Assembly (NCBI GenBank): GCA_013204555.1
Contig: JABMNO010000024.1
Span: forward strand, 14,397-46,396
Length of the DNA stretch: 32,000 bases
DNA from: Chloroflexota bacterium
GTDB taxonomy: Bacteria; Chloroflexota; Dehalococcoidia; Lucifugimonadales; Lucifugimonadaceae
Direction: 5' to 3'
The translations under genes were made by a program, and so were the position numbers. Of this stretch, positions 25,494 through 32,000 are shown in pieces. Position 1 is the stretch's first letter, and every line of letters begins with the position of its first letter. Under the pieces are notes generated by a model. The model was given only the letters and a program-made list of their open reading frames with translations, was not told the DNA's origin and ran no database searches.

Positions 25494-25609
25494 TAGCTAG
25501 TCGCTCCTCGCGCGCTGTAGTGAGATTTTTCTCCCTCTCCCAGTTCGGGAGAAGGTTGGGGTGAGGGGGCTGTTCGTCGCCCCGCGGCCAATGCCTGCAT
25601 GGCAGATGT

Positions 25610-26002
25610 CTAGCCCCAGTCCTTGTATTCGCCGCGTCGAGTCGACTTCGCGAACTGAATCTGCACGCCGTCTGGATCGAGCATATTCACCACTCGCCGG
25701 CCGGACTGCATGTTCTGCAAAGGCTCAAACAGGAAATCTATACCCGCATGCTTGCCCGCAGCGAAGGCGTCATCGGTATCCTCAACTTCAAGTGCAATGT
25801 GATCCACACCCGTCTTCTGGTCGTCCACCTTCTGATGCAGCTCCACCCTCACCGGAGAGTCGGAATCGCCATTGAACATAAACACAGTCGTGCCACCGTC
25901 AATCGTCCCCTCAGGCGTAAGCCCCAGCTTCCGATAAAACGCCACCGACTCCGCCAGATCCTCGCACACAATATCGATGTGCTCCAACCGAATCATCTTC
26001 AT
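25610..26002 (-). CDS. VOC (glyoxalase/bleomycin-resistance/dioxygenase) family protein
   Basis: MKMIRLEHIDIVCEDLAESVAFYRKLGL...VDHIALEVEDTDDAF. AAGGAGA lies upstream of the ATG. 130 aa. Confidence 0.85.
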   Translation of the reverse strand: MKMIRLEHIDIVCEDLAESVAFYRKLGLTPEGTIDGGTTVFMFNGDSDSPVRVELHQKVDDQKTGVDHIALEVEDTDDAFAAGKHAGIDFLFEPLQNMQSGRRVVNMLDPDGVQIQFAKSTRRGEYKDWG

Positions 26003-27121
26003 GTTTTGTCTCCTTGAATGGTAGGGGCACGTTGCGACGTGCCCGCAGGCGCACGATAAACCTGTGGGGAGCCGCGGGCAAGCGCCTAAAGTCGTCGCCC
26101 ACGGCTGAAAAACATCAACACCACCCCGTCATTCCGGCGCAGACGCTGGAAGCCGCATGAGCATCCAAACGCAATTTGGTGCCATCCGCCCCTCGACAGA
26201 TCCCGCAATCCGCCAGAAACTCAACCCATGAGAGACGTGCACACCTCTCGCAAATAACTATTTCGCTAATGCACTACCCGAGGGGCTAAGGAGCACCATA
26301 CCCAATCCCGCCGAACGGTGACGGCAGCCCGCCTCAGGCGGACGGTCCCACGACGCGGGAACAAAACCTATACCGTCCCCCAGAGACCGCACACATCCCG
26401 ATTTCATCGGGTTGGTAGACAGCTCCGGCAATGCTGCATGCGGTGACCCAGCATGGGACCAGATTCACGACCCTGCCAGAAAATCGTCAAGGACGATTTG
26501 GGCCGTGCCAAACCGGGACGCCACCTGCCGTAGCGTCGTCAGAAGTCCCCAAAAAAAGACGTATAACCGGAGTGAGCGCAATATCTGGTCGTCCCCCCTC
26601 GTAGCGGCAACCCCCCGTGGTTGCCTGATGCAAACGACCACTGTTAGCTCCTCGTACCCTCGGGTCTGTGTCACGCACGTTCACCGCGACCAGGCGAGCC
26701 GCCCAGACGAAACTGAGGCACTCGCCTATCGTCGCGTGGCGATTCGTCTCGTCGCCGTTGTACCCCCAACGGCAGTTCATGCCGGCACGGCGCTCGCCCA
26801 GCGCAATGTCATCCAGAGCGGAGGCAGCTCTGGGCCGTAGTCGAAGGATCTGCAATGGTTCGATGTTCGAAGCCGGTTGATGTCGTACGCGCGGTTGGTT
26901 GTTGCTCCTCCTGGCGGACGACTACTTGAGATCCTTCAACTGCGTTCCGTCCGCCTGCGACGGACTCCAGTCGAAGGGCTCGAAGGGCACTCTTGTTTCG
27001 ATTTCGGAACACCAGCATCAATCGTAAGTCGCCGCATTATCCCGCGACAGCCAAACCGGCTATACAATGCCGCAACAAATCCAACCTCTGCCCGGCCTTA
27101 TTCAACCCACAGAAACAGCAG

Positions 27122-28090
27122 ATGCCCAAGATCGTCGCCTACGTTCCAGAATCCACCCCGGTCCATGGCTTTACCGAGGACTATTTGCCAGTTGGATGGG
27201 AACTTGATCGCGTCGACCCAATCGTCGGCGGTATCGAAGCCCTGAACGCGACCGTTGCGGATGCCGACTATCTGATGATCTACTCCGCGAATATCGAAGC
27301 CGACACCCTACGCGCAGGACCCAATCTGAAGCTGGTTCACCTCTTGTCAGCCGGATTTGATCGCTTCCCACTCGTGGAAGCAGGCGAGCTGGGAATACCC
27401 GTCTGCAACGCCAGCGGAACCAACGCTCAGGGCGTGGCTGAAATGTCGCTGACGCTGATGCTTGGGCTCTACCGCCACCTCACGTGGGTGAACGAAGAGC
27501 TCAGGGACGGCGGCTGGAAGCTCAAGAGGGCCAACGGCGACGATTCGTATGAGATCCAGGACAAGACGGTTGGCATTATTGGGCTTGGCAACATTGGCCA
27601 GATCACGGCGCGAATAATCCAGGGCTTCAACCCGACGATTCTCTACACCGACATCGAAGCGAAGCCGGAGGCCGAGAAAGAGTTTGGCGCCAGGCGAGTC
27701 GATCTCGATGAGTTGCTGTCAGAATCAGACATCATCACGATCCATACCCCGCTAGATGACTCCACCCGCGGAATAATCGGCGCTCCTGAACTCTCGATGA
27801 TGAAATCAACGGCCATCCTGATCAACACATGCCGGGGCCCGGTGGTCGATGAGGCGGCGCTTTACGACGCGCTCAAGGGTCGGAGCATCTGGGGTGCGGG
27901 GCTAGACGTTTTCGAGCAGGAGCCAACGCCTGACGATAACCCCATTCGCCAGCTCGACAATGTGGTGATGGCACCGCACATCGCAGGACAAACGGCCGAG
28001 AGCTACCCTCGCCGCACACACTACGCAATTGATAATTTCGTTCGAGTTTCGCGCGGCGAAACTCCCACTAACCTGATCACCCCCGGCTAG
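27122..28090 (+). CDS. D-isomer-specific 2-hydroxyacid dehydrogenase, tandem paralog 1
   Basis: MPKIVAYVPE...; GIIGLGNIGQITA; NTCRGPVVDEAALYDALKGRSIWGAGLDVFEQEP; VVMAPHIAG. The 43-aa basic, low-complexity extension from 26993 in the ORF track is rejected. Confidence 0.85.
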   Translation: MPKIVAYVPESTPVHGFTEDYLPVGWELDRVDPIVGGIEALNATVADADYLMIYSANIEADTLRAGPNLKLVHLLSAGFDRFPLVEAGELGIPVCNASGTNAQGVAEMSLTLMLGLYRHLTWVNEELRDGGWKLKRANGDDSYEIQDKTVGIIGLGNIGQITARIIQGFNPTILYTDIEAKPEAEKEFGARRVDLDELLSESDIITIHTPLDDSTRGIIGAPELSMMKSTAILINTCRGPVVDEAALYDALKGRSIWGAGLDVFEQEPTPDDNPIRQLDNVVMAPHIAGQTAESYPRRTHYAIDNFVRVSRGETPTNLITPG

Positions 28091-28130
28091 CAGGCCTGAG
28101 TGCACACAATCACCTGGCAAGGACAAAGGT

Positions 28131-28183
28131 GTTTTGTAGAGAAAGTGCCCTTCGAGAGCCTCAGGAAACCTTCTCTACAAAAC
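28131..28183. promoter_or_regulatory. Near-perfect 14-bp inverted repeat between tandem dehydrogenase paralogs
   Basis: gttttgtagagaaag (28131-28145) pairs with cttctctacaaaac (28170-28183), with a 1-nt bulge and a 24-nt spacer. It lies between the stop at 28090 and the AGGAGG/TTG start at 28206. No U-tract. Confidence 0.4.
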
Positions 28184-28205
28184 ATCGAAACATTAGGAGG
28201 AACAT

Positions 28206-29219
28206 TTGGCACAGATCAAAGGACTTTTCGTCACCGCTCGCGGCGGGGTAGAAGAAGTAAAGCAGGCGTTTGACGCTGTTGGCGGCGAGTTGATCGTCCT
28301 GGAAAATCCAGATGAAGGCCAGATCATCGAGGCGGTCAAGGACGTTGACGTTGCGATGACCTTCGGTTCTGCGGGGACCCGGTCCATCTTCGAATCGATG
28401 GATCGCTGCCAGGGCTGGGTGGGCTTCGGCCACGGATTCGATGGCGCTGACCTTGATGCAGCGGTCGATAATGGCATCATTCTTGCCAACACAGCGTCGT
28501 TTGGCACCGACGAAGTGTCGAACCAGGCCATAATGCACCTCCTGATCTGCTCGCGAAAGTTCGTGCTGCATGACAAGTTGGTCAAAAACGGGACCTGGAC
28601 CCGGGAGCACCTCGCACCAATGGGGCATCTGCCGTTCCAGACCCTCGGCATAATCGGGACCGGCAACATCGGCCGTGCTGTGGGCCGGAAGGCGAAGGCA
28701 TTCGGCCTGCGTGTGGTCGCGTACGATCCGTACGTCAGCTCCTGGGACACCAAGGAGATGGGGTTCGAACGAGCGGCCAGTATCAATGAGGTGTGCGAGC
28801 AGGCCGACTACCTGACGCTGCACACCATGCTCAATGAAGATACGTTCCAGATGATTGGCGACCCACAGTTCAAGATCATGAAACCTACGGCGTACCTGAT
28901 CAACGTTAGCCGAGGTAAGTGCGTGGATGAGGCAGCGCTGATTCGGGCACTCAACGACGGCGAGATCGCCGGTGCAGGGTTGGATACGTTCGAACAGGAG
29001 CCAACGCCCGCCGATAATCCACTGTTGAAGATGGACAACGTGTCAGTTACGTCCCACTATGCCAGTTACTCGGAGGTGGCCTTCACCCGCGGACTCACGC
29101 AATTGGGCGAGGAGGGCGTGCGGATTGCCCTCGGACAGTGGCCAATGTCATTGATTAACCCGACTGTTCAGGCCACAATTCCGCCACGCGATCCGGCTCG
29201 GGCATGGGGGACTTTCTAA
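28206..29219 (+). CDS. D-isomer-specific 2-hydroxyacid dehydrogenase, tandem paralog 2
   Basis: TTG start with AGGAGG 6 nt upstream. GIIGTGNIGRAVG; NVSRGKCVDEAALIRALNDGEIAGAGLDTFEQEP; VSVTSHYAS. Confidence 0.9.
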   Translation: MAQIKGLFVTARGGVEEVKQAFDAVGGELIVLENPDEGQIIEAVKDVDVAMTFGSAGTRSIFESMDRCQGWVGFGHGFDGADLDAAVDNGIILANTASFGTDEVSNQAIMHLLICSRKFVLHDKLVKNGTWTREHLAPMGHLPFQTLGIIGTGNIGRAVGRKAKAFGLRVVAYDPYVSSWDTKEMGFERAASINEVCEQADYLTLHTMLNEDTFQMIGDPQFKIMKPTAYLINVSRGKCVDEAALIRALNDGEIAGAGLDTFEQEPTPADNPLLKMDNVSVTSHYASYSEVAFTRGLTQLGEEGVRIALGQWPMSLINPTVQATIPPRDPARAWGTF

Positions 29220-29282
29220 AAACGTCACCCCTGTGGTGCCACCAAAATAAGTTTTAGCTAAAAAGGCAGCGGAGAGAGAAAA

Positions 29283-30299
29283 ATGTCCAAATACAAAGTA
29301 CTGGTACTCGGCGCAGAGAATGAGGCGCTTGAGGCGGAACGAGAAGAACTCGCAGACATCGATTGTGAAATCGTGCAGGCCAAGCCCACCAGCGAAGGTG
29401 AGGCAATGGAACTGGTTCGAGACGCCGACGCGATCCTGATGCGCGGGCCCTGGGGCACCGAGCAAGTGATCAACGCCACCCAGAATTGCCAGGTGCTCGC
29501 CGTCTACTCCCACGGCTTCAACCACATCGACTCCGAAGCCTGCACCGACAAGGGCATCATCGTCACCAACGGCGCTGGTATGTGTTTCGAAGAAGTCTCG
29601 GACCAGGCATGCGCCTACATCATGTCCCTCTACCGCCACATCGTCCCCGCCAATATCGCGGTGAAAGCTGGCGCGTGGCGAGATTCGACCGTTCTTCCAA
29701 TGAAGCCTCTTGATGAGTCCACAATTGGCATCATCGGCTTTGGCAACATTGGCAAAGCCATCTCCCGCAAAATGAGCGGGTGGAGGCCAGAGCAGATCGT
29801 GTACGACCCCTACGTTGGCCCCTGGGTCTTCAAGGAGTACGGCGTTGAGCAGGTGTTCGACCTGAAGGACCTTTTCTCCCGGTCCGACTATGTCGTTACG
29901 ATCCTCCCGCTCAACAACGATACGTACCACATGATTGGCAAAGAGCACTTCGACGTAATGAAGCCCACCGCCTACTTCATCAACGTATGCCGTGGTTCCA
30001 TTGTCCGTGAGCCAGAGCTCATCGATGCCCTCAACGCAGGCAAGATGCGCGGTGCAGGCCTCGACGTGTTCGAGCAGGAGCCGGTCGACCCCAACAACCC
30101 GCTGCTCAAGATGGACAACGTGATCGTTTCGCCCCACCTCGCCGGCGGTTCAACCCGGTCATCGGTACTCGCACCGCATCGAGCAGCCGCACAGGTGGCA
30201 GCAGTCCTCCGAGGCCAGTGGCCAATGGCGGGCCAGAACCCCGAAGTTCGGGCCAATATTGCGCTCCGAAAGAACGCCACGATGGTAGCGCCAAACTGA
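29283..30299 (+). CDS. D-isomer-specific 2-hydroxyacid dehydrogenase, tandem paralog 3
   Basis: GGAGAGAGAAAA precedes the ATG. GIIGFGNIGKAIS; NVCRGSIVREPELIDALNAGKMRGAGLDVFEQEP; VIVSPHLAG. The 329-aa minus-strand ORF at 29148-30137 is an antisense shadow. Confidence 0.9.
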   Translation: MSKYKVLVLGAENEALEAEREELADIDCEIVQAKPTSEGEAMELVRDADAILMRGPWGTEQVINATQNCQVLAVYSHGFNHIDSEACTDKGIIVTNGAGMCFEEVSDQACAYIMSLYRHIVPANIAVKAGAWRDSTVLPMKPLDESTIGIIGFGNIGKAISRKMSGWRPEQIVYDPYVGPWVFKEYGVEQVFDLKDLFSRSDYVVTILPLNNDTYHMIGKEHFDVMKPTAYFINVCRGSIVREPELIDALNAGKMRGAGLDVFEQEPVDPNNPLLKMDNVIVSPHLAGGSTRSSVLAPHRAAAQVAAVLRGQWPMAGQNPEVRANIALRKNATMVAPN

Positions 30300-30351
30300 T
30301 AACGGTGCGCGTAGCGGACCCCAATGCTGACGCACTGTAGCTAGCAATTTT

Positions 30352-30397
30352 GTCGGCAGGGGCAGGATTCAATCCTGCCCCTGCCGACGTTTTCTCT
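30352..30397 (+). terminator. Rho-independent terminator after the dehydrogenase cluster
   Basis: Perfect 17-bp GC-rich stem: gtcggcaggggcaggat (30352-30368), loop tca, atcctgcccctgccgac (30372-30388). It is followed by gttttctct. It lies between convergent genes (stops at 30299 and 30417). Confidence 0.8.
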
Positions 30398-30416
30398 GAG
30401 GACTACTCACGCCGCA

Positions 30417-32000
30417 CTATTCCGGGGTTAGCTGACTCTCCAGCCATCCGAACACCCGGGTGAAATATTCTTCCCGCATCGCCAGGTTCTTGTTGGCAAA
30501 AAGGCCGTGGGAGGTGTCCGGCAGTCGGACGAATTCCACTTCTTTCGCCAGCCGACGGAGCGCAGTGAAGTACTGCTCGCCTTGCTCTATTGGCACACGG
30601 TCGTCGTCTTCGCCGTGGAGGATGAGAATTGGCGTATTGACGTTGGGTACGTAGAAGATGGGTGAGTGCTTGACGTACTCTTCAAAGCTCTCCAATCCGG
30701 CTCCATTGCCCAACTCGATCTCAGAGAAGTGGACGCCGATGTCAGACGTGCCCCAGAAGCTGATCATGTTGGTGACCGGTGCGGCGACTGCTATGGCCCT
30801 GAAGCGGTCGGTGTGTCCAGCCATCCACGTTCCCATGTAGCCACCGTAGCTGGAGCCGTGCATCACGACAGCGTTTTCATTGATGTACGGCCGCGTGGCG
30901 ATCAGCTCCACCCCGGCCATCAGATCCTCGTACGGCCCATCACCCCAATCCTTGTGCGCCGCGCAGGCGAAGTCACGACCGTAGCTCGATGATCCGCGCG
31001 GGTTGATAGCGAGCACCACGTAGCCTCGGTTCGCACCGATCTGGTGTATCGGCAGGAAGGTATCAGCGAAAACGCCGTGTGGTCCTCCGTGAACATCCAG
31101 AAACAACGGATATTTCGCGGTCTCGTCGAATCCAGGCGGGAAGTAGATACGAGCTTCCAGATCGACCCCATCTCGCTGGTACATCAGCTTCTCGATGTGA
31201 GCCGTCTCGTGCGCAGCGAGCCATTCGGAGTTGAAATCAGTGATGGTCTCCCTGGTGCTGGCCGAAATTTCGTGGACTACCAGGTCTGAGATGCGATCTG
31301 GACTTCCAGCCGCGACCGCGACTCTGCCTGCATCCGCCGTGGCTGACCAACCGGTGATCGAGACGCCGCCCTCAGTGAGCCGATGCACGTCAACCGAGTT
31401 CACATCTGCTGAACAGATGTAGCTCTGCCCCGCGTCCGCTGCGGAGAAGATAATCCGGTCGTCTTCCGTCCACAGCATCGCACCGGCTGCGTAATCGTAG
31501 TAGCCGTCGAGGTGCGGGTAGATGCTGTCATCCGTAATCGACCTCACGGGAACGTTATTTTCGATGATGTAGATCCACGATTGACACATCGGCGAACATG
31601 AGCCGCCATCGTCCAGTGAGGCGGTTGCGAACACCGCCAGCTTCGATCCATCTGGCGACCATGTGACTCCACCGACGGCGTATAGCCCGTCAGTGACAGA
31701 ACGAGCAAGGCCGGTGTCGATCTTCATCGTGTACGCCTCAGTACGCGATTCAAACTCCCTGTTCACGTTTTTCGCTGCGATGAACGCGATTCGAACGCCG
31801 TCAGGCGACCACGTTGGCGCGTAGTGATCAATGTCGCCGTGCGTGAGTTGTGTTGCGTCCCCTCCGTCCGACAGAATCGTGAACAGGTGCGATCGTCCGG
31901 CGCCGTTGAGACCGGATCCGTCAGATTTATATCGAAGTTGATTGACCACGACCGGTTTCTTGTGGGAGTCGGGGTCCTCGTCCCGTGGATCAACGGTGGA
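30417..32000 (-). CDS. S9 family serine peptidase (prolyl oligopeptidase/acylaminoacyl-peptidase-like), N-terminus outside the window
   Basis: The frame stays open from 31949 to the window end (...STVDPRDEDPDSHKKPVVVNQLRYKSDGSG). N-terminal WD40/TolB-like propeller strings are present (YAPTWSPDGVRIAF, WSPDGSKLAV). The C-terminal catalytic domain has VMHGSSYGGYM (GxSxGG), HGEDDDRVP and DTSHGL (Ser-Asp-His order). Confidence 0.85.
   Translation of the reverse strand, partial: STVDPRDEDPDSHKKPVVVNQLRYKSDGSGLNGAGRSHLFTILSDGGDATQLTHGDIDHYAPTWSPDGVRIAFIAAKNVNREFESRTEAYTMKIDTGLARSVTDGLYAVGGVTWSPDGSKLAVFATASLDDGGSCSPMCQSWIYIIENNVPVRSITDDSIYPHLDGYYDYAAGAMLWTEDDRIIFSAADAGQSYICSADVNSVDVHRLTEGGVSITGWSATADAGRVAVAAGSPDRISDLVVHEISASTRETITDFNSEWLAAHETAHIEKLMYQRDGVDLEARIYFPPGFDETAKYPLFLDVHGGPHGVFADTFLPIHQIGANRGYVVLAINPRGSSSYGRDFACAAHKDWGDGPYEDLMAGVELIATRPYINENAVVMHGSSYGGYMGTWMAGHTDRFRAIAVAAPVTNMISFWGTSDIGVHFSEIELGNGAGLESFEEYVKHSPIFYVPNVNTPILILHGEDDDRVPIEQGEQYFTALRRLAKEVEFVRLPDTSHGLFANKNLAMREEYFTRVFGWLESQLTPE

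Noticed and set aside
24498-25496. 332-aa plus-strand ORF overlapping the ceramidase-like gene, and similar antisense ORFs over the activase (8894-9565), the CoA-transferase (3036-3551) and the FG-GAP repeats (12606-13566)
   Set aside because: Each lies entirely inside a well-supported gene on the other strand. All have low-complexity, Arg/Pro-rich translations.
25528-25570. CTCCCTCTCCCAGTTCGGGAGAAGGTTGGGGTGAGGGGG element between the ceramidase-like and VOC genes as a terminator
   Set aside because: The stem is only about 6 bp (TCTCCC/GGGAGA). The T-run precedes rather than follows it on the plus strand, and on the minus strand an A-run follows. It resembles a widespread GGGAGAGGG...GGGTGAGGG-type intergenic filler motif seen in many GC-rich genomes, so I treat it as a minor dispersed repeat at most.
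26280-26650. tmRNA-like cues (GGGGCT at about 26281; GCAAACGAC = Ala-Asn-Asp at about 26629)
   Set aside because: The would-be tag reads ANDHC-stop, with no (A/V)LAA ending. The spacing from the 5' G-run is about 350 nt, far too long. No tRNA-like GGTTCGA...CCA 3' end is present. I also saw no RNase P (GGAAAGTCCGGGC), SRP or common riboswitch core motifs.
26993-27121. 43-aa extension of the first tandem dehydrogenase ORF
   Set aside because: It is a basic, low-complexity sequence (MFRFRNTSINRKSPHYPATAKP...) unlike any dehydrogenase N-terminus. Homologous paralogs start at the equivalent of MPKIVAY.
28161-30137. Long minus-strand ORFs (28161-28823, 220 aa; 28193-28786, 197 aa; 29148-30137, 329 aa) opposite the tandem dehydrogenase genes
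   Set aside because: They are antisense shadows of plus-strand genes that have unambiguous dehydrogenase motifs and SD sequences. Their translations are Arg/Gly/His-rich with no recognisable motifs. Such stop-free antisense frames are common in GC-rich coding DNA.
1-32000. Defence islands, CRISPR arrays, prophage or IS elements, toxin-antitoxin pairs
   Set aside because: No repeat-spacer periodicity was seen. No integrase, transposase or recombinase motifs appear in any frame of the listed ORFs. There are no small adjacent ORF pairs typical of TA modules. The window reads as metabolic and accessory-catabolic chromosome.

Overview
32-kb, densely coding prokaryotic chromosomal segment of moderately high GC (roughly mid-50s % by eye). 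I found no rRNA, tRNA, CRISPR array or recognisable transposase/integrase. I call 23 protein-coding genes (two cut by the window edges), two opposed fragments of a decayed DUF3179-like gene, one strong intrinsic terminator and several hairpin or repeat elements. The content is metabolic and rich in paralogs: 2 choline-sulfatase-like Cys-type sulfatases, 3 luciferase-like (LLM) flavin/F420 oxidoreductases, 4 D-2-hydroxyacid dehydrogenases (3 in tandem), a CaiB-type CoA-transferase, alpha/beta hydrolases, a VOC protein and an S9 peptidase. This mix resembles marine Chloroflexota of the SAR202 type, but that is inference from gene content only. Main findings: (1) A TlpA/ResA-like redoxin (14003-14686, minus) has an in-frame TGA where the catalytic Cys codon should be. 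It has a strong SD/ATG 41 codons upstream and a SECIS-like hairpin 12 nt downstream, so it is a candidate selenoprotein; the ORF track shows it only as a truncated ORF. (2) A divergent glycyl-radical enzyme with its activase (6151-9574, minus) has non-canonical radical-Gly (RMGGWSAYF) and Cys-loop (SNCWE) strings. It sits among O2-dependent-type flavin monooxygenases and is flanked by sulfatases. (3) A 1237-aa secreted protein fuses a 7-blade FG-GAP propeller, an LCAT-like lipase and a dockerin. (4) Lesser items are a 1.1-kb non-coding gap, hairpin-containing imperfect direct repeats flanking a hypothetical lipoprotein gene, and a leader with mutually exclusive hairpins. All family assignments rest on motifs read by eye; no database search was possible.
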